In this document: positions 1 through 8,974 of the stretch, in pieces
Numbering within the stretch: the first letter of the stretch is position 1
Layout: every line of letters begins with the position of its first letter
NCBI GenBank assembly: GCA_964291495.2
Contig: OZ219872.1
Location: forward strand, 608,001 to 672,000
Reading direction: 5' to 3'
DNA: 64,000 bases
DNA from: Dehalococcoidia bacterium
GTDB lineage: Bacteria; Chloroflexota; Dehalococcoidia; UBA2979
The notes under the pieces: model-generated
Database searches by the model: none
Seen by the model: the letters and a program-made list of their open reading frames with translations, nothing else
What the model was told of the DNA's origin: nothing
Program-made: the position numbers and the translations under genes

Positions 1-552
1 GGGCGGCGTAGCCAGGGCGGGCTCTACCCGAACGCGATGCTGCGCTGCAAGGACGGCTTCTTCCGTATCCACGCGATGTCGCAGAAGGAGTGGCGCGGCC
101 TGCTCGAGATGATGGGCAGCCCCGCCTGGGGCGACGACCCGGAGTACCAGGACCGCATCGTCAACGGCGACAGGTACGCGGACCTGCTCGACACCTACAT
201 CGAGAGCTACCTGCTGCAGCACACCAAGAACGAGCTGTTCGAGCAGACGCGCGAGCGGCAGCTGCCGTTCTCGCCCGTGCGCCAGATGCACGAGGTGCTG
301 GAGGAGGAGCAGCTGCTGCACCTCGGCCTCTTCCGCGAACTCGCGCACCCCAACGGCGAGCAGTTCACCGCCGCCGGCTCCCCCTTCCGCTGGCGCAACG
401 CCGAGGACGCCGCACCGCCGGAGACCGACCCGACCGGGGCCGCGCTGCTGCGCGCTCCGCGCCTCGGCGAGCACAACGCCGAGGTCTACGGCGCCGTGCT
501 CGGGCTCGAGGCCGCCGAGATCGAAAGGCTGCGGGGCGATGACGTCATCTGA
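1..552 (+). CDS. Family III CoA-transferase (CaiB/BaiF), C-terminal part, truncated by window start
   Basis: Frame open from base 1; typical C-terminal motifs 'LRCKDGF', 'WRGLLEMMGSPAW', 'APRLGEHNAEV'. Confidence 0.85.
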   Translation, partial: GRRSQGGLYPNAMLRCKDGFFRIHAMSQKEWRGLLEMMGSPAWGDDPEYQDRIVNGDRYADLLDTYIESYLLQHTKNELFEQTRERQLPFSPVRQMHEVLEEEQLLHLGLFRELAHPNGEQFTAAGSPFRWRNAEDAAPPETDPTGAALLRAPRLGEHNAEVYGAVLGLEAAEIERLRGDDVI

Positions 553-1780
553 CGGCGAACGCCGCGCCACGCTCGACATCCTCGAGGGCGTCCGCGTGCT
601 CGACCTCGGCATGGTCTGGGCCGGCTCGATCTGCGGGCAGGTGCTGTCCGATTTCGGGGCGGACGTGGTCAAGGTCGAGTCGCGCTCGAACCTCGACATC
701 GCGCGGCGCGGCCGCCCGATTATCGGGACGGAGTACGACCCGAACCAGAACCCGCTCTTCCACAACACCGCGCGCAACAAGCGCAGCCTCGCGCTCAACC
801 TCAAGACCGAGGAAGGCCGCGACGTGCTTCGCCGCATCGTCCCGCACGCCGACATCCTGATCGAGAACTGGCGGCCCGGGGCGCTGCCCCGGCTCGGCTT
901 CGGCTACGAGGATCTGCGCGAGCTGCGGCCCGACATCATCATGATCTCGCAGACGCTCGCCGGGCAGGACGGCATCGACGCCCGGCTGCGCGCCTACGGC
1001 CCCACCGTTGGCGGCATCACCGGCCTCGACAGCCTCGTCGGCTACCAGGGCGAGGCGCCGCTCGGCATGGGCCACGCTTACGCCGACCCCAACGTCGGGC
1101 TGCACTCCGCGCTGCTCGCGCTGAGCGCCCTCGAGCGGCGGCGGCTCACCGGTGAGGGCGCCTACATCGACGTCTCGATGTGGGAGGCGATGGTCGCGGC
1201 GCTCGCGACGCCGCTGCTCGACTGCGAGCTGAACGGCCGCGTCGCCGGCCCGCTCGGCGACGACGCGATACCGGGCGCCCCCGCGGGCGTCTTCGCCTGC
1301 GCCGGCGACGACCACTGGCTCGTCCTCGAGGTCCACGACGACGCCGACTGGGCCGGGATCGTGGAGGCGATGGAGCGCCCGGATTGGGCGCTGGACGAGC
1401 GCTTCGCCAGCGCCGAGGGCCGCCTCGCGGCGCGCGAGGAGCTGAACGAGCACGTGCGCGCCTGGACCGCAACGCGCGACCGCGACGAGCTGGCCGAGCT
1501 GCTTCAGGGCAACGGCGTCATCGCCTCGCCCTGCCTCGCCGTGAGCGAGCGGCTCTTCGACGACCACCTGCTCGCGCGCGAGGGCTTCACCTGGGTCGAG
1601 AACCCGGTGCTCGGGCGCGAGCCTGTCTACGGACAGGCGATCCGCCTCAGCGAGACGCCCGGCTACGTGCGCGAGCCCGCCCCGATGCTCGGCCAGCACA
1701 GCGCCGAGGTGCTGCGCGAGCTGCTCGACATGAGCGACGAGGAGATCGAGGCGCTCGACGAGGCGGGGGTGCTGCGGTGA
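539..1780 (+). CDS. Family III CoA-transferase
   Basis: LEGVRVLDLGMVWAG, DFGADVVKVE, RNKRSLALNL, ENWRPG, catalytic Asp in 'YADPNVG', APMLGQHS. Confidence 0.92.
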   Translation: MTSSDGERRATLDILEGVRVLDLGMVWAGSICGQVLSDFGADVVKVESRSNLDIARRGRPIIGTEYDPNQNPLFHNTARNKRSLALNLKTEEGRDVLRRIVPHADILIENWRPGALPRLGFGYEDLRELRPDIIMISQTLAGQDGIDARLRAYGPTVGGITGLDSLVGYQGEAPLGMGHAYADPNVGLHSALLALSALERRRLTGEGAYIDVSMWEAMVAALATPLLDCELNGRVAGPLGDDAIPGAPAGVFACAGDDHWLVLEVHDDADWAGIVEAMERPDWALDERFASAEGRLAAREELNEHVRAWTATRDRDELAELLQGNGVIASPCLAVSERLFDDHLLAREGFTWVENPVLGREPVYGQAIRLSETPGYVREPAPMLGQHSAEVLRELLDMSDEEIEALDEAGVLR

Positions 1781-4287
1781 GCGCGCAGCGCAACGGCCAG
1801 CCGGGCGAGCCGCTCGTCCCCGCACCCGCGCTGCTTGGAGGCCTGCGCGTCCTCGAGTACGGCGAGAGCGCGGCCTCCGCCTTCGCCGCCCGCATGCTCG
1901 GCGACCTCGGCGCGACCGTGACGAAGATCGAACCACCCGGCGGCAGCGCGCTGCGCCGCGAGGGCTACGCGCCGGACGGCGGCGACAGCTCGGCGCTGTT
2001 CGCCTACACCAGCGCGGGCAAGCGCAGCGTCACCCTCGACGACACGACCGCCGCGGGCCGGGAGACGCTGCTGCGGCTGATCGCCGACTGCGACGTGCTG
2101 GTCGACTCGCACCGCGGCTCACACTGGCAGGAGCTGGGCATCGACTTCGAGGCGCTGCCGGGCAGCGGGCGCTGCGCGCTGGCCGTCTCGATCACACCGT
2201 TCGGGCGCTTCGGCCCCCACGCCGAGTGGGCGGCGACGCACCTGACGGCGCACCACGCGGGCGGCGAGGCCTACTTCTTCCACGGCGGCGTCGGCTACGA
2301 CCGCTACCCCGAGGGCCCGCCACTGCGCGTGCCGGCGAGCATCGCCGAGCTCGATGCGGGCTCGGCGGCGGTCGTCGGGATGCTCGGCTGGCTGGCCGGC
2401 TGGCCGGACGCCGAGCGCGAGCCGACGCACCTCGATCTGTCGTGGCAGGAGGCGGCGATGTCGCTCTGCCGCCAGGACATCGTGAAGTGGCCCAACGACC
2501 GCTACCTGGACACGCGCGCGCTGCGCGAGGTCGCTGTCCTCGGCCTGGTCGAGTGCAAGGACGGCTGGTCCGAGGTGCTCCCGGCGCAGCAGCACATGTG
2601 GGAGCGCCTCGTCGAGGCCGTCGGCGACCCCGAGTGGGCGACCGAGCTCGGCGCGACTCCCGATCACCGGATACAGCACACCGAGGAGCTCAACCAGCTC
2701 TTCGAGCCCTGGCTGCGCGAGCGCACGCGCACCGAGATCTTCGACGCGCTGCGCGACTTCGACGTGCCCGGCGGCCCGGTGCGCCTGATGGGCGATCTGC
2801 TGACCTGCGAGCAGCTGCGCCTCCGCGAGTTCCTCCAGACCGTGGCCCTGCCGAACGGCACGACCGCCGAGGTCCCCGCGCAGCCTTACATCGTCCGCGA
2901 GGCGCGCGGCACCGCCTGGCGGCCGGGCCCCGCGAACGGCGCCGAGGCAGCCGCGACGCCCTCGGCAGGCGCACACACCGAGGACGCGCTGAGCGACCCG
3001 CCCGCCGCACCCGCGGTGAGCGCCGCGCCCGCGATCCGCGCGACCGCCGATCCGCAGCGCCCGCTCGACTGGCTGCGCGGCACGCGCGTGCTGGACCTGA
3101 CGTGGTACCAGGCGGGGCCCTACGCGAACATGATCCTCTGCGCCTTCGGGGCGGAGATCCTCAAGATCGAGAGCCACCGCCGGATCGACCCGTTCCGCCA
3201 CTCGCGACGTCACCAGTCCGTCTCGCTTGCCGACCGCAAGACGGACGACTGGATCGACAAGGGCTACCGCTTCAACGAAGACAACATGGGCAAGCGCAGC
3301 GTCGCGATGGACATCTCGCAGGAGCGCGGGCGCGACTTCCTGCGCCAACTCGTCGCCGACGCCGACGTGCTGATCGAGGGCTTCCGGCCCGGCACGATCG
3401 ATCGCCTCGGCCTCGGCTTCGACCGCCTGATCGAGGTCAACCCGCGGCTCGTGATGGTCTCGCTCTCGGCCAACGGCGGGACGCCGCCGGACGGGCACAT
3501 GAGCGGCTACGCCGCCGTCTTCGGCGCGACCTCCGGGCTGTCCGGCCTGAGCGGCTACGACCGCAGCGTCCCCGCCGAGTACCGCGGGCCGCTCGACCAG
3601 CGCGTCGGCACCGCCGTCGCGATGGCCACGCTCGCCGGATTGCACGCCCGCGACCGCAGCGACAGCGCGATCCACGTCGACGTCGCGGCCCAGGAGGCGG
3701 GCGCCGCGCTCGTCGGCGACCAGCTGCTCGAGTGGCAGCTGCGCGGCTGCGTCGCCGAGCCGCTCGGCAACCGCCACGAGCGCCTCGCCCCGCACAACGT
3801 CTACCAGTGCCTGCCGATCGAGGGCGAGCAGGCCTACCTCGTGATCGCCGTCGAGACCGACGAGCAGTGGGCGCGGCTCGCCGAACACCTCGGCGACTGG
3901 CGGCTCGACCCGCGCTGGGACGCCCGCGCGCGCAAGGCGCAGGAGCAGACCATCGACGAGGCGATCGCCGACTGGACGCGCGAGCGCGAGCGCGACGAGC
4001 TTGTCGCGGAGCTGCAGGGCCTCGGAGTGCCCTCGGCGCCGAGCGCGACGGCGCGCGACCTGTACCTGGACGAGCATGTCCGCGCGCGCGGCCTCTGGAG
4101 CAGCGTCGAGCACCCGCGCATGGGCCAGCTCGAGGTGATCGCCCTACCCTGGCTCGTCAACGGATCGCGCATCGCCACGGAGGCCGCCCCGACGCTCGGC
4201 CAGCACAACGAGTACGTCTACGGCGACCTGCTCGGCGTGAGCGCCGAGGAGTTGTCCCAGCTCGTCGCCGAGGGCGTCGCCCACTGA
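1777..4287 (+). CDS. Tandem two-domain family III CoA-transferase
   Basis: GTG 1777 overlaps upstream TGA (GTGA); two CaiB domains (LGGLRVLE...GKRSVTLD and LRGTRVLDL...GKRSVAMD); ORF-track start 1180 is spurious. Confidence 0.9.
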   Translation: MSAQRNGQPGEPLVPAPALLGGLRVLEYGESAASAFAARMLGDLGATVTKIEPPGGSALRREGYAPDGGDSSALFAYTSAGKRSVTLDDTTAAGRETLLRLIADCDVLVDSHRGSHWQELGIDFEALPGSGRCALAVSITPFGRFGPHAEWAATHLTAHHAGGEAYFFHGGVGYDRYPEGPPLRVPASIAELDAGSAAVVGMLGWLAGWPDAEREPTHLDLSWQEAAMSLCRQDIVKWPNDRYLDTRALREVAVLGLVECKDGWSEVLPAQQHMWERLVEAVGDPEWATELGATPDHRIQHTEELNQLFEPWLRERTRTEIFDALRDFDVPGGPVRLMGDLLTCEQLRLREFLQTVALPNGTTAEVPAQPYIVREARGTAWRPGPANGAEAAATPSAGAHTEDALSDPPAAPAVSAAPAIRATADPQRPLDWLRGTRVLDLTWYQAGPYANMILCAFGAEILKIESHRRIDPFRHSRRHQSVSLADRKTDDWIDKGYRFNEDNMGKRSVAMDISQERGRDFLRQLVADADVLIEGFRPGTIDRLGLGFDRLIEVNPRLVMVSLSANGGTPPDGHMSGYAAVFGATSGLSGLSGYDRSVPAEYRGPLDQRVGTAVAMATLAGLHARDRSDSAIHVDVAAQEAGAALVGDQLLEWQLRGCVAEPLGNRHERLAPHNVYQCLPIEGEQAYLVIAVETDEQWARLAEHLGDWRLDPRWDARARKAQEQTIDEAIADWTRERERDELVAELQGLGVPSAPSATARDLYLDEHVRARGLWSSVEHPRMGQLEVIALPWLVNGSRIATEAAPTLGQHNEYVYGDLLGVSAEELSQLVAEGVAH

Positions 4288-4353
4288 GCCGCTGACCGCC
4301 GGGCCCCGGAGTCCGTCGCGCTTGATGTACGCTCCCATGACGCCCTGTGCCCG

Positions 4354-7212
4354 GTGGGAGTCGTGCTTCAGAAACTCGCCAACCGTTCGTTGCTTGCCGC
4401 ACTGGCCCTCGCGCTCGCGATCGGCGCGGGCCTTGCCTCGGGCAGCGAGCCTGCTGCAGCCGAATCAGCGGAAGACTCCGCGACGATCACCACGACGCTG
4501 CACCCCGGCTGGAACCTGATCGGCTGGGTCGGTCCCGAGGCGCCCGTCGCGGACCTCTTCGAGGCGATCCCGGCGCTCCAGCGGGTGTCGGCCAGGGACG
4601 CCCAGGCCGGCGCTTACGTGCAGGCCCGCCGCCGCGGAGGCTCGGCGACGGGCGATCTGAAGCGGGTGAACCCGGGCATGGGCCTCTGGTTCTGGGTTGG
4701 CGGCAACGAGACCATCGAGTGGACGCGCCCGGCGGGGGCGGAGAGCGCGCTTGCGCCGCTCCACCGCGGCTTCAACCTCGTGGCCTGGTTCGGCGGGCCG
4801 CTCACCCCCGAGCACGCGCTCGCACGTCTTGGTGACGACCTCGCGCGCGCGAGTCAATGGAATTCCGAAGCGCAGCGCTTCGAGATGTACGATCCGGACG
4901 CGGCGAGGACCGCCGGCGCGCTCGCACTGGGCGATGGGCTGTGGATCGATGTCAGCTCGGCGGTCTATTGGTGGCCACAGGGGACCGACCCGCCCCCGGT
5001 CGTGTTCGTGGACGATCTGGACGCGGCGACGGCGATTGCGATCGCCACCGGGTACCAGCGCGCCCGCAGCCTGCTCGCTAAGCGCTTCGGCGTGCCGACG
5101 GCGGCCGAGGTCACGGTCTACATCTACGCGGACACGGAGTCCGTGCGTGCGGCCTACCGCTCCCGGATCCGGGGGGAACTCACGAAAGGGTGCAACTTCC
5201 GGTACGGGACCGAACTGCACCACTCGGCATCCTGTTACGGCCCACCCGGAACGCGCGTGGGATCGAGGTACCTTGACGCGGCGGCCGCGTACATCGCACC
5301 TGCCACGCAAATCCCGACGCCGGCGGAAGGCTACATCGGCTACGGGCCACGCTGGCTGCTGCGTGGCATGGACGCGTACGTGGACGCGGCGTACCGCGCG
5401 GAGTTCGGCGGCGAGGCATACGACCAATTGCGACCCGGGCTGATCGCCGGTGCGCGAGTAACCACGTCGCCGCTGAGCAGCATGGAAACGGTGGACGGCC
5501 AGCGTGCTGCGGGCGTGGGTGTGACCGCCGCAATGGGGTTCCTCGCGGTCGAGTTGCTCACCGAACACGCCGGCGAGCGATCCCTCTCCGAGTACTTCCG
5601 ACACCTCCCGTCCAGCGAGACCTGGCAGGAGGCGTTCGGGGAGGCATTCAAGATCTCCATCTCCGGCTTCTACGAGGCGTTCGAAGTCGCCCGCATCGAG
5701 CGCGCCCCGCTCCTTCCCCACCTCGCAGACCCGCTGGACGAACCGGCCTTCGTCTTCGTCGGCGACATCGCTGAGGATGTACAGAAGGAACTGCGCGCCT
5801 CACTCGATGCGAGTCGCGATCTCATTGCCGCGGAATTCGGGAGCAAGGCGTCGGACTTCACGATCTATATCGGCTCGGATGAGGAAGCCTTGATGCCCGA
5901 GTACCTGGCGGTTCGCGGTTTCGAGAACCCAGAGCTGTGCGGGGACTACGCCCTCAAAGTCATCTTCCAGATCATCACCTGCAAGAACCGCGATCTCGTT
6001 CTCGCGCACGAGTACGTGCATGTGTTGCAGAACCAACTCGCCGAGGGCGCCTCCTGGGGTCCGGCGTGGTTGACGGAAGGGGTCGCTGTCTACGGAGAAG
6101 CGTTGCACCGCGCGATCATCGGACAGGGCCTGACGGCGAGCGAAGGATTGGAGCTTAGGCGCCGATGGGAGCTGGCGCGCGTCATGGTCGCGGGCGATGT
6201 TCCCACGCTCTCCAGCCTCGAAACCGTCGATGACCCCGCCGAGCGTTCCCACTATCGCCTTGGCTTCATCGCCGCTGATTGGCTCGCGCAGCGCTCTGGC
6301 GGCGAGGCGCTTACCGACTACTACCGGCAGCTGCCCTCATCGGAAACCTGGCACGATGCCTTCGAGGGCGCGTTCGACATCACCGTCGGCGACTTCTATA
6401 CGGAGTTCGAGGACTACTGGCCTGAGATTGATCCGCTACTGCCACACCTCTCGGACGATCGCGAGGGCCCGGTCGTCGTGTTCCTCGGCCAGGTCGACTC
6501 GATCGCCCAGGCCGCCCATCGGTCCGCAGTCGAGAAGGTTGAGGCCCTCTTCTTCGAGCGGTTCGGAGTCGTGAGCGTGGAATCCACGGCCTTCGTCGGC
6601 GCGAACGTCGAGTCACTGGAGCCGATTCACTGGATGCTGTTCGAGCAGGAGCCGCAGACGGACTTCTGCTACGGTCGGACTGGGCCCGCACTCGCTTATG
6701 CGGCGTCATGCGACGACCCGCTGGCGCGATACCTCGGCCGCTTCTACTTCCTCATCGTGCGCGACGAGCTGGCGCCGTGGAGCGAAGTCCCCGTAGCTGC
6801 TAACGGCTACAGCCGCTGGGGCCCACAGTGGCTGTACCTCGGCGCTCTGGCGTATGCAGACTTGCTGTCCCTGGACGCAGCCGGGATCGCAGACTACGAG
6901 GACGAGCGCACCGCTCGCGTTGCAGTGGCGCAGGCGAGTACTGCTGGCCTCCGCACCATGGAGGCATCCGAGGGCTGGGACGCGGCCAACGAAGCGAACG
7001 GGAGCGGCTGGACGCTAGGTTTCCTCGCAGTGGAACGGCTCGCCGAACTCGCCGACGACGAGGCGGTTTTCGAGTACTTCCGCCTCCTCCCCTCCAGCGC
7101 GAGTTGGCGCGAGCCGTTCGAGGGCGCGTTCGGCCTCACGGTCGACGACTTCTACGAGGCTTTCGAGGCCTACCTCGCCGAGCTGCTGCGGTCGGAGCGG
7201 TCGGCGTCCTGA
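4354..7212 (+). CDS. Secreted protein with three peptidase MA (gluzincin)-like repeats
   Basis: Signal peptide (LLAALALALAIGAGLA); two 'LHxGWNLxxW' motifs; three ~250-aa repeats; HEYVH...WLTEG only in repeat 2. Confidence 0.75.
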   Translation: MGVVLQKLANRSLLAALALALAIGAGLASGSEPAAAESAEDSATITTTLHPGWNLIGWVGPEAPVADLFEAIPALQRVSARDAQAGAYVQARRRGGSATGDLKRVNPGMGLWFWVGGNETIEWTRPAGAESALAPLHRGFNLVAWFGGPLTPEHALARLGDDLARASQWNSEAQRFEMYDPDAARTAGALALGDGLWIDVSSAVYWWPQGTDPPPVVFVDDLDAATAIAIATGYQRARSLLAKRFGVPTAAEVTVYIYADTESVRAAYRSRIRGELTKGCNFRYGTELHHSASCYGPPGTRVGSRYLDAAAAYIAPATQIPTPAEGYIGYGPRWLLRGMDAYVDAAYRAEFGGEAYDQLRPGLIAGARVTTSPLSSMETVDGQRAAGVGVTAAMGFLAVELLTEHAGERSLSEYFRHLPSSETWQEAFGEAFKISISGFYEAFEVARIERAPLLPHLADPLDEPAFVFVGDIAEDVQKELRASLDASRDLIAAEFGSKASDFTIYIGSDEEALMPEYLAVRGFENPELCGDYALKVIFQIITCKNRDLVLAHEYVHVLQNQLAEGASWGPAWLTEGVAVYGEALHRAIIGQGLTASEGLELRRRWELARVMVAGDVPTLSSLETVDDPAERSHYRLGFIAADWLAQRSGGEALTDYYRQLPSSETWHDAFEGAFDITVGDFYTEFEDYWPEIDPLLPHLSDDREGPVVVFLGQVDSIAQAAHRSAVEKVEALFFERFGVVSVESTAFVGANVESLEPIHWMLFEQEPQTDFCYGRTGPALAYAASCDDPLARYLGRFYFLIVRDELAPWSEVPVAANGYSRWGPQWLYLGALAYADLLSLDAAGIADYEDERTARVAVAQASTAGLRTMEASEGWDAANEANGSGWTLGFLAVERLAELADDEAVFEYFRLLPSSASWREPFEGAFGLTVDDFYEAFEAYLAELLRSERSAS

Positions 7213-7221
7213 GCCGGGCGC

Positions 7222-8037
7222 CTACTCCAGCACCGAGTCGACGAAGGCGCGGATCGCGGCGAAGTACTCGTGGCGGCCGATCCAGAGGATGTCGTTGTGG
7301 CCGGCGCCCTCGATCGGGACGAACTCGCGCTGCTCGTTCTCGAGCAGGTCGTACAGCTCCGCCGCCAGCTCGATCGGGGCGAGATCGTCGGCCGCGCCGT
7401 GGATCTGCAGCGAGGGGATGCGGATCGAGCGGACCTTCGCCTCGTGCGCCTCGATCAGCTCGGCGGCGCCCGGCTCGTCTTCGAGGCCGAAGCGCGCGAC
7501 CGAGCGGCGCGCGCTGGCCGCGCCGCTCTCGATGATCAGCCCACGCACGCGATCGCCGGCGCGCGCGGCCACCTCGAGCGCGGGTTGGGTGCCCATGCTG
7601 CGGCCCATCACGAACAGCGGCCCGCCGCCGCGCTCCTCCTGCAGCGCCGCCGCGTACTCCAGGGCGGGCATCGCGTCGCCGACCAGCGCGGCCATCGAGG
7701 GCCGGCCGCCGCTCTTGCCGTAGCCGCGGAACTCGGCGACGAAGAGGTCGAGGCCGATCTCGCGGTAGAGGCGGTCGATGCCGTCGTGGTCGCTCACTAT
7801 CTCGCCGTTGCCGTGGAAGTAGAGCACCAGCGGCCGCGGCGGGGCGTCCTCCGTCCCGGTGTAGAGCCGGGCGGCGATGTGGATGCCCGGCTCGACCTCG
7901 ATCTGGTGGTCGCTGGCGCCGGCCGGCGGAGGCACGGGGTCCGGGCGCGGGAAGAACATCCACTGCGAGGCGCCCGCGCGGTCGAGCAGCGCGTAGTCGG
8001 GGTAGGGAATGCCGCCGTCGTCGCTGGTCTCGCTCAC
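7222..8037 (-). CDS. Alpha/beta hydrolase (ABHD13/17-like)
   Basis: YFHGNGE, FRGYGKS, nucleophile elbow GRSMG, HGAADD, GAGHND; start placed at GTG 8037. Confidence 0.88.
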   Translation of the reverse strand: MSETSDDGGIPYPDYALLDRAGASQWMFFPRPDPVPPPAGASDHQIEVEPGIHIAARLYTGTEDAPPRPLVLYFHGNGEIVSDHDGIDRLYREIGLDLFVAEFRGYGKSGGRPSMAALVGDAMPALEYAAALQEERGGGPLFVMGRSMGTQPALEVAARAGDRVRGLIIESGAASARRSVARFGLEDEPGAAELIEAHEAKVRSIRIPSLQIHGAADDLAPIELAAELYDLLENEQREFVPIEGAGHNDILWIGRHEYFAAIRAFVDSVLE

Positions 8038-8041
8038 CGGC

Positions 8042-8974
8042 TCACTCCTCACCGTCCTCGAGGGCTTGCACGTGCTGGAAGCCGAAGCGGCCCTTGATGC
8101 AGAGATGGCCGCCGGTCACCGAGTGGTCGGAGGGCGAGGTGACCTTCACGATCTCGTTGTCCTGCACGTGCAGCTCGAGGTTACAGCCGACGCCGCAGTA
8201 AGGGCAGACGGTCGTCGTGATGGTCTGGCGCTCCTCGTCCCACTCGCCCGCGGCGCGCAGCTCGTGCTCGCTCTTGAACATCAACGCCCCGGTGGGGCAG
8301 ACGGCGATGCAGTTGCCGCAGAAGACGCAGGCCGAGTCCGGCAGCGCCGCGTCGAACTCGGTCGCGATCGTCGCATCGAAGCCGCGACCGGCGACGGCGA
8401 TCGCGAAGGTGTGCTGGGCGTCGACGCCGCAGGCCTCGACGCAGCGGTAGCAGAGGATGCACTTCGAGAAGTCGCGCACGTAGAGGTCGTTGTCCAGCTT
8501 CGCCGGCTGCGCCTGCGTCGCCGCGTGCTCGCCGTCCGGCTCGGCGTGGTGGCCCGGCCGAGGGCGCTGCGCCGCGCCGTCGCCCGCCGGGGCAGGCGGG
8601 CCGTAGCGCTCGGGCGCGACGCCGTACTCCTCCAGCCAGCGCCGCAGCTGCGGCTCAGCCGTCGAGAGATCGACCGCCGAGGCGAGCAGCTCGAGCACGA
8701 GCCGGCGGCTGTGCTCGACGCGCTCCGAGGTCGCCGTCACCGCCATGCCGTCCTCGGCCTGTCGCGAGCAGGAGGCGACCAGCGCGCGCGAGCCCTCGAG
8801 CTCGACGACGCAGGCGCGGCAGGCGTTGGCCGGCGTGAGGCCCTCGAGGTAGCAGAGCGTGGGCGGCCCGACACCGGCCGCGCGACAGGCCTCGAGCAGG
8901 CTCGCGCCCTCCGGCACCCAGACGGGCGTGCCGTCGACGGTCAGCTCGACCAGCGGCCGGGGCTCGCTCGTCAC
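8042..8974 (-). CDS. Fe-S subunit of NAD-dependent formate dehydrogenase (2Fe-2S + 2x4Fe-4S + Mo-Fe4S4 domain, equivalent to the FdsA/FdhA N-terminus)
   Basis: PTLC...CRACVV...C; CILCYRCVEAC; CVFCGNCIAVCP; C-terminal CPYCGVGC...CIKGRFG; GTGA overlap with upstream gene. Confidence 0.88.
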   Translation of the reverse strand: MTSEPRPLVELTVDGTPVWVPEGASLLEACRAAGVGPPTLCYLEGLTPANACRACVVELEGSRALVASCSRQAEDGMAVTATSERVEHSRRLVLELLASAVDLSTAEPQLRRWLEEYGVAPERYGPPAPAGDGAAQRPRPGHHAEPDGEHAATQAQPAKLDNDLYVRDFSKCILCYRCVEACGVDAQHTFAIAVAGRGFDATIATEFDAALPDSACVFCGNCIAVCPTGALMFKSEHELRAAGEWDEERQTITTTVCPYCGVGCNLELHVQDNEIVKVTSPSDHSVTGGHLCIKGRFGFQHVQALEDGEE

